From assembly GCF_009914755.1 (NCBI RefSeq), contig NC_060927.1: a stretch of 64,000 nt of DNA. One strand, written 5' to 3'. The translations under genes and the position numbers were made by a program. Below the pieces are notes generated by a model. That model was not told where the DNA came from. It worked only from the letters and a program-made list of their open reading frames with translations, and ran no database searches. This stretch comes from the human T2T-CHM13v2.0 reference genome, Homo sapiens. Positions 17,748 to 34,062 of this stretch are shown piece by piece. Each line of letters begins with the position of its first letter. Position 1 is the first letter of the stretch.

Positions 17748-18849
17748 TCCAGGATATTTTCTTGACACCCTTTGCTGAGGGACTCGTGACAGGGGTTCCC
17801 TGTTTACTCAGTCTGTTGTGCTCAACTCCTCGCGGGAGGGAGCACGTGAATGAATAAGTTCAGGAACCAGCTGCTGCTTCGGGCACTGGCAGGAGCAAAC
17901 TCCCTTAACTTGGGTCCACTCACTCCACCCTCACTGGAGGGAATGCATAGGTGAGCAAGTGCAGGAACTAGCCGGTCACTTTAGCACTGGCAGGACCAAA
18001 CTCTTGTTTGCTCAGGCCCATCGCACTCCACCCCTTGCGGGAGGGAGCATGTAGGCCAGCAAGTGCAGGAACTGACTGGCCACTTTGGTGCTGGAAGGAA
18101 CAAACTTTGTGCAGACCCCACGGCAGTGTCCAGGTGGGGGTGCCTGAAACTCCAAGGCCCCAGAGGGCATGTTACAATGCTCTCTTAGCTCCGCCGTCCA
18201 TGGACAGCAGCGTGTTATCAGCTTAGTGGGCCCTTTGCCTTGTCACATGGGGCAGATGCCCTCCACCAGCAAGGGCAAAGGGCCAGTGTGACAGCCTTTT
18301 TGGGTACCCACACTTGGTGGATCCCAAATTGTTGTCCAATGCCAAAAAAGAATGAGGTCACGTAGACGAATTGAAGTTATGGTGAATGCAGACAATTTTA
18401 TTGAGTGATGAGATCAGCTCTCAGTGGAGAGGGGAGCTGGAAAGGGGGTGGGAAGGCCAGGTCACTCTCCCCTGAAGTCAATTTGCCTCTCTGCCCCTCT
18501 TCTCCAAAGTCAAGTTGCCCCTCTCTTTGCCATCCAGCCACCATCTCTGAAGGCAAGTCGCCTCTCCCCAACATCCAGCTGCTTCTCCTCTCTGCCAGCT
18601 GAGCCTGGAGTCTTTATAGACACAGGATGGGGGGACAGGGCTGGCCATAGGTAGTTTTGCAAAAGGCAACATTCAATTGGTAAAAAGACATTATTCAGAA
18701 AGAATGACTCAGGAGAGAGCAGGCAAACAGGAGAATAGAAGTTCTCACCCTGGGCCAAGGGTTTCAGGCTACTTCTGGCTTGAAGGTGGGGTTTCCACTG
18801 GGAACCTGCCCCTGTCTGCCTAGAGTTTCTCTGCCTTCTGCCTCCCTCA
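17748..18849 (-). mobile_element. ERV1 solo LTR (LTR28/LTR27-like); its last bases lie at 9252-9270
   Basis: Begins TGAGGGAGGCAGAAGGCAGAGAAACTCTAGGCAGAC on minus; three ~100-bp internal repeats at ~17826-18106; ends ...CCTGGATCA beyond the L1; 4-bp flanks ttgg (9248-9251) / atgg (18850-18853). Confidence 0.75.
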
Positions 18850-19294
18850 ATGGGTGATGCTAAACCAGGATGAGTAGTAAAATCAGGATCAGAGAGATCA
18901 GGACAGATAAGAGTCTAAGCCTAACCAGGTAAAACACAGCAGGCACAAGGTAGGTAAATATTTAGATACAAAAAACAAAAGTTTCCGTGATACAGCCTAG
19001 GGGAAACATGACTAAGTAGTCCTGTGAAGAAGAGGTTTTTGATGCTTGCAAGCACAATCTGGGGCATCACAAAGAGATTCGGTACCAAGTTAAACTTCTA
19101 GAAGTTGAATGGAGAGAACCCATGCCTAGAGGACTGACTTCACTGCAGATTACTACACTTAAAACTACTGAGGGGTATTGAGAACCATGACTGGAAACTA
19201 TGTTATAAGAAGCATTCTTAAATGTAAGGAGTAGTAGTTAGGTGAAAGAGAAAACCAAAGAGACACCAATATCCCATCCTCAAATGCAAGAAGG

Positions 19295-19776
19295 TGTTAC
19301 CAAAATGCCAGGGATTCAGTCTGGGTCCTGCTGCTTGCCACACAGAAAGCCAATCACTGAGACAATGACTGTTGCCAGGGAAGAAGGCTTTAATCAGGCG
19401 CTGCAGCAGGCAAGATGGGAGATCAGTCTCAAATCCATCTCCCTGACTAAAATCAGGGGTTTATATGCCAGAGAAGAAATGAAACTACATGCAGGAAAAC
19501 AGGAATTAGGGAGGGGTAAGGAAGAGGAGTTGGTCAACAGGAAGCAGGTGGTCACTTAGGCAATCATGATGGGTGAGGGGTCTGGTGTCTCATTGTCCAG
19601 CTGTAATTATCAGCTCCTTGATACCATCTGGGTAGGCCTGATGGTTGGTTTTCTGAGAAGGGAACTCAGATTAAGACAAATGTAACTTTAAGTTTGAAAA
19701 CTGGGAGAGTCCATTTCTGTGTTAATTCAAAAGAAATCATAAACATCGGTTCTATGGGACAGCTGGGCCGGTTTCA
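19295..19776 (-). mobile_element. ERV1 solo LTR (LTR45-like)
   Basis: TG...CA termini; minus start TGAAACCGGCCCAGCTGTCCCATAGAAC; flanks aagg/atgg. Confidence 0.7.
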
Positions 19777-20048
19777 ATGGGCTGTTCTGTATGTGAGGCA
19801 GGTGCCCTAGAAGGCAAAGCTAGGATTAGGAAGAAGTTATAGGAAATAGTCTTTGGTTCCATTTGGCAAAGTCCTTTTTCATCACTTTAAGCTGTTGAGC
19901 AGAGCAGAATAGATCATCTCTTGATGGAACACAGATATGGAGGACTCACATTTATGGAGGTTGTGTCAGATACTAGTCATAGGGCTTTGGCAGCCATTTG
20001 TCAGAGGTGTTGAGGAGGGGACTCATGCACTCTGTAAAGGCTTGAACA

Positions 20049-20390
<342 letters not shown>

Positions 20391-22104
20391 CTATGACTGC
20401 TTATGTGCTCATGTAATCAAAGCAGACAGGGCAGGCTCAGTTGGGTACGTGGCTTAGACTCCCCAGGGAAGGAGGCAGGGATTGTCATGGACCTTGAAGT
20501 ATGGACAGAATTAAGGATCATGGGATGAATGATGAATAAAAGCTGGACAGTAGGAAATGGAGATTGGGGCTTCCTGCTACAGGTAGTAGTGTACTGCTAA
20601 AGCTTTACCGGGTGAGGGATAAAGTGTCTCATCCTGAGGAGAGATGAGGCACTGAAATCCATGGACACCCTTGCTCTCAAGTGGTCTCATACAAGGAGAC
20701 AGGCTGGCAGAGACCCCCAGACATCTTGATAATGCCAGCAACTCCCTGCGCTGTTGGTCAATAGAGAGAGGGTGCCCAGACCAAGCCACTGACTAGTTGT
20801 GCTCCAGAAGGGTGCAGGCAGTTTCCTAACGACTGGAAAAAGACAAACTGTTTAGGAGATGAGGAATTAGACTTAATGATCCACCTATGGCCGTATTTGA
20901 GGTTTCACATTTCTCCTAATGCTGTCTTTAAAACTCTCTGAAGCTGTAAGTCAGTCATGACTGATGGCCATCATTCTAACAGCCGTGGATATCACCAAGT
21001 TTCTATTTTGCCGTGTTTCATAAATGTGGTTCTAGAGAACTCTAGCTTTGTTCTAGCCACTAGCACACATTTTCAAGTTTTATTTAACTTCCCACATTCT
21101 CCCTTTATTTTCTCTTAATGGAATGGCCAACAGCAAGATGCAAAATATATATAATGGATGTTAACGCAGTTCATGTGCACCGTAAGGACTTATACTATAT
21201 TGTGTCATTTTCATAGGCGCGTCACGCTAGCATTTCCAGGCACTTTCCACATGGTAGCCCTATGACGTAAGTAAATTTGGGCATGCTCCCTGCATCACAG
21301 ATGAGGAGGCTAAAGCAGGAGAGGTTAAGTGACACAGTGAGAGTGGGTACACAAGTACAGAGAATAGCCCATTCCGTGAGAGGAAAGGCCATTAAAAGGA
21401 GGACGTTATCGCTCTTTAACTAAAAAAAACATCCACAGAGAAAGGGTTTGGCATTGGCAAGGCCAAGTTAAACAGGATGCAGCATTCTCTCCAAGCGTTT
21501 CCACTGCTATGCAGCCTCTCCTCACACCGGTGCTTTTGGGTCACTTCCTAATCCCTGAATGGGTTCGCTGACCTGTAAGGAGCAGTGGGAGGTGGAGATT
21601 GCTTGCATAAACTCATTGAGGGAAGTGATCCTGCAAGTTTCCCAAGGATAAGAGAATGTTTTCCCTCCCTCCCTTCCTTTCTACTCTCCCTCCTCCCCTA
21701 CTCTTGAAACAACCCTATCCCACCTACCATAGCACAAGCTGTAATACCAAGTTGCTCTTCTCTGAGGGCTGCTGAGGCTGGGACTTTGTGTCCTCGCTGG
21801 ACCAGTGCATTAGGGACTATCAAAGAGATTACAATAGCCAAGGGCCGTTTAAAGAAACCAGAGAATGCCTGCATGACTCTTCATGAAACCTTGACATTTA
21901 ATAATCCCATCACAGGAGGGGTCCCAAATACTGTCTCATTTGATCTTGTTGTACCCTGTTTGAGTAAAGAATTGAGAGTGTTTTATGGGCTAATTCTGTG
22001 GGATGTATTATCATACTTTCTGAAGCTGGAAAAGAAAAATAAAGCTGTTAATACTTGGATCTAAAATAAACAAAAATCCATAGGCCTTTCCTTATGTCAT
22101 GTCT

Positions 22105-22408
22105 TTTTATTATTTTTTATTTTATTTTATTTTTTGAGATGGAGTCTCGCTCTGTCACCCAGGCTGGAGTGCAGTGGTGTGATCTCGGCTCACTGCAACC
22201 TCTGTTTCAAGTGATTCTCCTGCCTCAGCCTCCCGAGGAGCTGGGATTACAGGCGTGCACCACCATGCCCAGCTAATTTTTGTATTTTAGTAGAGACGGG
22301 GTTTCACCGTGTTGGCCAGGCTGGTCTCAAACTCATCAACTCAAGTGATCCGCTTGCCTCGGCCTCCCAAAGTGCTGGGATTACAGGAGTGAGCCCCCAC
22401 GCCCAGCC
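22105..22408 (-). mobile_element. AluS
   Basis: Reverse Alu with (ATTTT)n tail; degenerate TSD cct(t/a)atgtcat(g/t)tct. Confidence 0.9.
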
Positions 22409-22483
22409 CCTAATGTCATTTCTGATGAAACCTTTATTGTATATTTCTCATGTTTGTAATTATTTCAGTTTCAAAATATGTTA

Positions 22484-22899
<416 letters not shown>

Positions 22900-24259
22900 T
22901 TACCCTATCTCACTTGGATGTTATTCTATCTTAATGCAACTCGTACAGTGCTTGTCTAGTCCCTCGAGATACAAAGCAGATCAGTTACTTAATTTTCATT
23001 TTAAATGTTGTTTGTGAGCCGTTGTTGAAGGGCAACTTTGGTACACGAGGCTGGTTTTAGTTTCCCATGTCTCTGCCAATATTCCCATCTGCTGTATACA
23101 TTCACTGCTATTATAATAATAATAGTTTACAGGAGCCCAGATTATGATATTTTAATAATATAGAGCCCTTTGTTGACATAAATGGTTCACGAAAGTTGAA
23201 ATGAAATATTAAAGCCACAATTTTGGTTCTACTTATCATTGCATGGAAAAGACTGGACCTGACTCGTCGGGTAGACGTGAGCCTTCTTTGGAGATTTAAT
23301 ATTTCTTTGCATCACAAGTCATTGAGTCCTCATTTTAAGAGTGATGTTGAGGGCTAGGACCCTCTTTGGTGGTCAAATTAGAATTCAACCCCAGTTAAAT
23401 CCTGACTCTCAATCCAGTATTCTTCCTCCTATTCCATGAAATCCCTGCATATATACACACATATACATACATACATACATATGTACATAACCCACCTCTT
23501 TCTCTAGAATTGAGGCTGTAGTCTCCAAACAGAATTTCCAAAAATTTGATTCCAGTGTGCCCCTATTAGAATTCCAAAACAGCAATCTTCCCAGCACAAT
23601 CAAGGGACACAATTCCTGCTATCTGGGATGATATTTTTGGCAGCTTTGCAGTGCAGTCCCCTGTATGGCACTGCTGCTGAAGAAGCGGGCAGGCAGCTAC
23701 TCTGTATTGTCATAGGCTTTTGCTGTGTTGGTGAATGGCTTTTTTCAGGTGCTATAATTTCCTTCACTTGCTATATGGGCCACCTGCCTCTACCTTCTCA
23801 TTCCTCCAATCCATCCACCACCTCCACTAGGATTAATCTTCCAAAAACATTGGTTTTCACCGTGTCACTCCTGTGACCAAACCCCTCCCCACTGCTACCA
23901 GATTAAAGCTTCTAACGCCTCAGCTGGTGCTCCAAGACCTGCTGGCCAGACTGGTGAGGCCAGGTGTCCTCACTGACTCCAGAAGAGGCTGTGTTAATTC
24001 CCAATCCTCTTTTTCCTCTTTTCCCTTCTAATTGCTCTTTCTCCTTTCTGTAGGTCAGCCCTTCATACCACACAGGGGCCAGGCCCAACCCACTTGTTTG
24101 ACTCTGTCCTAGGCTGGGCTCCAGGCCAACTGTGCTCCTTCTCTCTGAACTCCTGAAATGGCTGCCGATCCTAGGAGAGTGTATGAGCCAAACTGTTCAC
24201 ATCCTCATTGATCACTGCCATGACTTCTGGTCTCTGAGTTCAGCTATGAGCTCTTGCAG

Positions 24260-25157
<898 letters not shown>

Positions 25158-25639
25158 TTACACAGGTGTAGTATCATACCAGTCTTGTGCATCCCCCAAG
25201 ATGCATTGGGCAATGCAGTCCTCATAGTAGGTGGCCAAGAAATATTTTATGAGCATCTTAATCCTTATTTCCTGATGGGCCACAAACGCCACAAGTTCAG
25301 GAGTGTTCTGAGTTCCCTGGTCCAGCAATAATTCAAATAAAATCCATTTTAACATCTTCTGGGGATGCTGTAAAGGATATATCTGTACTGAGTGGAGGTT
25401 GGCTTAGATGACCTTTTAATTCCCTTCCAGGGCTAATGCTCTTTAATTCAATAGCAGCAACGCGCAACATAAAGAACAATATGAACACAGTTGTATGGCA
25501 GTGGTGAGGATGTAATGTCTCAAACCCCCATGCCAAAATATTAAAAATTTGAATTCTAACATGTAGAATTTGGTTGGAGTAAGGAGGTGGAGACATAAAA
25601 CTGCTGTTTAGTTAATATGATATTAATGTATTAATTGAT

Positions 25640-25945
25640 GAATCTTCTTAGTTGCCACAAAAATTGATCATATCGAGTAGGACACCAAGAAAACCACAGT
25701 AAATGCCAAAAAAGTAGAAGTAACAATAACATATCTGATCACTATGCAATACAACTAAAAAAATACAAATTAAAAGACTAAAAACTAGAAAATAAAACTC
25801 CACCATTGGGAAATTTTAAAACTCCCCTTAGGTCAACAAGAAAATCAAAACCAAAATTCTAGGCCATGTAGAAAATGATGTGAAAGTTCTACACGTAAAA
25901 TTTTTGAGTATAGATAATACAGTGCTTAGGAAAATTCTTCAACTT
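25640..25945 (+). mobile_element. Ancient L1M ORF2 (endonuclease-end) fragment
   Basis: A-rich, with aaaattgatcata and tctgatcactatgcaata resembling KIDH and SDH-AIKL coding. Confidence 0.55.
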
Positions 25946-25947
25946 AA

Positions 25948-26586
<639 letters not shown>

Positions 26587-26824
26587 TCATGCTTAGGGAG
26601 TTATAAGAGGAACAAGAAAATTAACCCAGGGATATCAGAAAACCTGAGAAAAGTGCCTAATATATAGAAAGCAGTTAGTAGATACTAGCTGTTATTATTT
26701 GTCAGAAGGACTGAGAAGTTTCTATTTCAGTGTTATTTTTGAGTGGTACAGAAAAATCTACAGTGTTACATTTAGAAAGTAAAGTTCATTTTTGAAACAG
26801 TTGAGGAAATTTAAGTACGGACTC

Positions 26825-27290
<466 letters not shown>

Positions 27291-27523
27291 CCTGGGTTTA
27301 CTTTTGATCCCTCTTGAAGCTTCCTAAAATGGTAGTAAACATATATACACACATACACACACACATATGTTTATATATATGTTTGCTGTCATGTAAAATA
27401 ACAGTAACATATGTCATTTATGTGATATATGCAAAACTCTGAAGGATAATGAGAGAATAAAAGTACAAACAAGAGCAACAAAAATTTTGGATCCTGAAAA
27501 GATGGACAAGAACGTTAAATTCT

Positions 27524-28001
27524 TTTTTTTTTTAATTTTAATTTATTTTTTATTATTATTATACTTTAAGTTTTAGGGTACACGTGCACATTGTGCAGGT
27601 TAGTTACATACGTATACATGTGCCATGCTGGTGTGCTGCACCCACTAACTCGTCATCTAGCATTAGGTATATCTCCCAATGCTATCCCTCCCCCCTCCCC
27701 CCACCCCACAACAGTCCCCAGAGTGTGATGTTCCCCTTCCTGTGTCCATGTGATCTCATTGTTCAATTCCCACCTATGAGTGAGAATATGCGGTGTTTGG
27801 TTTTTTGTTCTTGCGATAGTTTACTGAGAATGATGGTTTCCAATTTCATCCATGTCCCTACAAAGGACGTGAACTCATCATTTTTTATGGCTGCATAGTA
27901 TTCCATGGTGTATATGTGCCACATTTTCTTAATCCAGTCTATCATTGTTGGACATTTGGGTTGGTTCCAAGTCTTTGCTATTGTGAATTGTGGCATTATT
28001 C
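27524..28001 (-). mobile_element. 5'-truncated L1PA2 with a micro-inversion
   Basis: 3'UTR with the GAG trinucleotide (GATGAC-GAG-TTAG); TSD acaagaa(c/t)gttaaattct at 27506-27523 and 28002-28019. Confidence 0.92.
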
Positions 28002-28797
28002 ACAAGAATGTTAAATTCTAAGCCAACCAGTAGAGAAAGCCAGTATTTCCCATAGAGCCTCCTGAAGACTTGGATTTGGGACTATAGATGCATCTGAAAG
28101 TGTGAAGTATGGGGCTTAAATAGGAGAGTTGGTTGAACTTCCTAAGAAGCAATTAGATCCCCAGGCCCCCACCTTAGCTTTTGTGCAATAGGACAGACAA
28201 CTGCCCTCTCTTATTCCATTTTGGAAACTGAAAGTTTGCTTTCTGTTAAGGGTAAAACAGGCTTTTGGATTAGGATACACCAGCCAGAGTTGAAAGTAGC
28301 GTGTATACCACTGAAAATATGGGATTAAATGAATGTTTACATACCAGATACAGGGGTATCCAAGCTTCTCCCCACACTAGGATCCAACAACACAGGTGGT
28401 CAGGCTCAAATACCTTCCAGGCAGGAGAGTGGGCAGTCCTTCTCCAGAGCCTCTGACCAGCTCAAAAGAGCAGTTGTCGGGGGCTCTTTGAATGACAGTC
28501 GGCCAGATGACCCTATACTGAAGGCCATAGTGGACTTCAGACAGCTTCTGAGTACCTTCTCCTTAAGTAGGAGCAGAAACCAAGTATTCCCAGATGTCTA
28601 ACTCAAAAAAGACTAGACTAAATTTGAAGGAAAAAAGACAATGTAAGGAGATAAAAATGTTACATGTCCCAAAAAATTCTACTATCATTTATGTTCTCAG
28701 TAAGAACATATAATATGTACATATATCTTATCCCTCAGTGAAAGAGGTACTACATTCATGAAACAAAAAATGCTATTAACAAAAAAAAGGATATTCA

Positions 28798-29108
<311 letters not shown>

Positions 29109-31584
29109 TTAAAAGTACTCTTAGAAATTAAATATATAAGTTTAAAATTCAGTAGAAGGATTAGACAGTGAAATTTAGACTATCTTCCAGAAACTAAGCA
29201 AAAAGACAAAGAAATGGAAAATAAGGGAGAAAAGATGAAAAGATGGATCAGGCTAGAAGCAATATTCAAATAATAGAGTTTGCGGAAAGAAAAACATAGA
29301 AAACAGGCCAGAAAAAATAAGGAAGAAATTAAAGGCAGTTACCCACAATTGAGAGAAACAAATGTCTCCATTGAGAGAGTCTACCAACTGCCCAGAACAG
29401 TAGATGAGACTAGACCAACACTAAGGTTCATCATAGTGAATTTCAAAACAGTGGGAACAAAAGACAGTCGAGAGGGGGAAAAAAGTTGATATACAAAGAA
29501 TAAAAAATCAGAGTTGTTTTTGGACTTCTGAATAACTACACTGGAAACTGGAAATCAATGCAACAACGCTTTCAAACAATAAAGGGAAATTATATCTAAT
29601 CTACAAGTCTGTATCAAGCCAAACCGCTCATTGAATATGAACATAGAATAGATACTTTCAGATACACAAGATCAGATAAACAAAACATTTGTCTCCTAGT
29701 CACCCTATGCAAACCATTGGAGGATGAACTCCAGAAAAGTAAGAGTAACCAAGAAAGGGAAAGAGATGGAATATAGGGAATGGGAGATCCCACAAAGGAG
29801 AGATTGAAAGGCATCCTCAAAACAGTAGCGAAGGGAAGCCTGGGGTGGCAGCTGGGCCTGAAGCACTGAGGATGACTAGAACAGACTGGATCCAGGCCAG
29901 AGGGCTCTAGGACAGATTGTGTTAAGATGAAATGGCTTGAATACCTAATGTGTCTGAACATATATTTAGGAGGTTTAGACAGTTGGCAGAGAGTTTGCGA
30001 TTAAATTATTGATAAGTACATAGAGACAAAGTAGAACAACAGAAAAGACAGTTGTTAATTCCAGGGAAAACAATGTTGTACAAGAAAGAATAAGTAATCC
30101 TAGTATATTACATGGCTTACCTAGATACAGCAATTAAACAGTCAAAATAATGTCAACACTGGATGTAGATCTAACCAAAATTATAGTATAATTATGTTGA
30201 AATGGTGGAAAGATAGGGAGGCAAGAGTTTGCCATGACAGGGGTAAGGGGGCTCACAGCAGTGAAAGAGCCAAATCCTCATTTACCGAGCAAAATGGGAA
30301 ATATATATAATGCCTAAACCTGAAAAGATCGAGAAGTCAAGAGGTGACAATATGAGCACGTTATTTTAACATACAGAGGTAACTAAAAGTATCAGGTAAG
30401 TCTCTACGGAGTATAGTATGGAAGCTGGGAGCCTGTTAATTTTCATAACAAGCCTTGGAATTATTTGGCTCTTTAAACTATGTTCATACATAATTTTACT
30501 CAAGTGAAAACGTTTTAAAAAGAACAAAAGTGCTATGAGAATGGGCAGACTGGGTTTTTAAAGGACGAGTAGGAGTTCTATAGGCCTAGGGAATGGAGGA
30601 GTGTTCGCGCAGGTAGAGAAAAGAAGACTAGCGGTAAGCCAGGTGTATCCTGGCTCTAAGGAAGCTTGGGATGTAGGATATAGTCACACTTAAGTATATG
30701 GGCTTTTCTCCCTTGGTGTCTGTGTTGTTTAGAATTGAAGACATGGACCTTTTGTTACTGATAAAATTATAACCTATTACTATTTTTGGTTATTGTTTTA
30801 ACATAACATTATTCTTTGAATTGATCTCAAAGAGAGGAAAATGAGAGGTCACTGAAATGACCCTGGCAGTAAAATTTGCTGAAAAGCAGCGTCCTTTACA
30901 AGTCCTTACCTCCGACCGCAAAAGAGTCTTCTAAAGACCACTCTCAGCCCTCAAGGGTCCTTGCAAGTCAGTGACACCACAGGAAATGGGAACCTTGCCA
31001 AGAATTAGGGAAATTCAGGTGTCTGCAAGTCCCTAAACCCTAGGGCCAAAAAAAGGATTTGGCAGATGTTTGTGTGTCCTGGAGGCAGATGGATGAAAGT
31101 ATCAGTAGGCTCCGTGGCTTAAGTGCTAGTCAGTGCTCGCCATTGGTCTTTTGCAGTCTTGTCACTTCTGTCTGGAGGCATTCAGAGAGCTGAAAGGTAC
31201 ACAGTGCAGTGGTAACATCTGGAATTGACCCCTGGCTCCACCATCTTCATGATTAGTAAAGTCACTAAGCCCCTTTGAGAGCAAGATCAAGGCAGTCACA
31301 GTCACAGGGGCATTATGAGTATCACGTAAAGTCATGTATTCATATATGGGAATGCTTTGTAAATAGAACATTTCTGTATAAATCTTGCTTTCAGTTAGTG
31401 AGTTTGTGTATTTTTTGAGTTGGTCTCTCTGTAAATGTGCCTTCTTTCCCTAGTACATTTATTATTACTGAGTCCAGGTACGTTTGTGTATTAGTTAAGG
31501 TATAGGCTAAGGTACTATAATAGACCCCAGAATATCACAGTTTAAACATGGTAGAAATTTGTTTCTCCATGTAACAGTCTAGAG

Positions 31585-32113
31585 CTGCACCATCCAGTGC
31601 GGTGGCCACTAAGCACATTTGATTATTTAAATGTAATTCGAGCAAAATAAAAAGTTAACTGCCTCAGTTGCACTGGCCGCATTTCAAGTGCTTAGTAGCC
31701 TCTTGGCTAGAGGTTACTGTATTGGACAGCACAGATAAAACATTTCCATCATTGGTTGGGTGTGGTCATCCTATGTGCTTATGCGTATCAGCACTTTGGG
31801 AGGCCAAGGTGGGCAGATCACTTGAGGTCAGGAGTTTGAGACCAGCCTGGTCAACATGGTGAAACCCCATCTCTACAAAAAAAAAAAAAAAAAAAACCAA
31901 AAATTAGCTGGGAGTGGTGGCAGGTGCCTGTAATCCCAGCTACTCAGGAGGCTGAGGCAGGACAATCACTTGAACCCAGGAGGCAGAGGTTGTGGTGAGC
32001 TGAGATTGTGCCACTGCACTCCAGCCCGAGTGGCAGAGTGAGACTCTGTCTGAAAACAAAACAAAGCAAAAAAATGCTTCCATCATCACAGAAAGTTTAG
32101 TTGGGCAGCCCTG
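31585..32113. mobile_element. MER3-like hAT MITE split by an Alu
   Basis: 8-bp TSD gtctagag at 31577-31584 and 32114-32121; tcagttgcactggccgcatttcaagtgct motif. Confidence 0.8.
31754..32074 (+). mobile_element. AluS
   Basis: Alu with an altered head; TSD ttccatcat. Confidence 0.88.
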
Positions 32114-32211
32114 GTCTAGAGGAGTGGTCTAGAACTTGATGGGTGCTCTGCTGTACAAGGTCATCCACAGGCCTGAGTTCCCTAAATATTATTGCTCTGC
32201 CATTCCCTAGG

Positions 32212-33049
<838 letters not shown>

Positions 33050-33550
33050 CTGGGAATTATTAAAGCTAGCCCAGCAATTTTAAGTCCACACTCTAGATGT
33101 GGGAAGGAAGAGAGGAAATGGAAGGCAACCATTTCCTGCTTAAAGGACTGGACCTGGCAGTTGCTCACATCCCATCTCATTGGCCAACATTAGTCACATG
33201 GGGTGTAAGGCATGCTGGGAAACACAGTCTGTAGTTGGGCAACCCTGAACCTTGCTGGTAATTAAAAAAAAAAACAAAAAAACAAAAAACAAAACAAAAC
33301 TGGGAGAGTTCCATCAGTAAAAGGAAGAAGGGAAGAATGGCTAGTAGGATAAACAACAGCCTCTACCACAGCTTGGCTCATCTCTATGGAATTAAAACAA
33401 AAGTGTTTTTTCAAAAATGTGCTGTTTACTCTCTGACACTTTGTATACCTTCAGGTCTACAGCAGATGTCAACAGGAAGCATTTCACTCTTACTAGCTAT
33501 GGACAGGCCCCTATGGTGGTGCCAGTTCGTGAGGCACACAGTGTCTAAGG

Positions 33551-33751
33551 TGGGGGGGTGTCCAATCTTTTGGCTTCCCTGAGCCACGTTGGAAGAATAA
33601 TTACCTTGGGCCGCACATAAAATACACTAACGATAGCTGATGAGCTTAAAAAAAAAAAAAAGAAAAAATTCATACTGTTTTAAGAAAGTTTACAAATTTG
33701 TGTTGGGCTGCATTCAAAGCCATCCTGGGCCACATGCGTTAGACAAGCTTG
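33551..33751. mobile_element. MER30 hAT MITE
   Basis: ggtgtccaatcttttggcttccctg ... gacaagcttg; 8-bp TSD gtctaagg at 33543-33550 and 33752-33759. Confidence 0.88.
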
Positions 33752-33767
33752 GTCTAAGGGATATAGC

Positions 33768-34062
33768 TTTATTTTTTAAATAAGAGACAGAGTCTTGCTC
33801 TGTGGCCCAGGCTGGAATGCAGTGGCCTGATCATAGCTCACTGCCTACCACAAATTCCTGGGCTCAGGTGATCCTCCTGCTTCAGCTTCCGAAGTAGCTG
33901 GTGTACCACCATGCCTGCTAATATTATTATTATTTTCTTGTAATAGAGACAGTGTCTCACCATCTTGCCCAGGCTGGTCTCCAACTCTTGGGCTCAAGTG
34001 ATCCTCCTATCTTGCTTTCCCAAAGCGCTGAGATTACAGGTGTCAGCTACCATGCACAGCCC
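33768..34062 (-). mobile_element. AluJ
   Basis: Reverse AluJ diagnostics (atcatagctcactgc, gggctcaagtgatcctcc). Confidence 0.88.
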
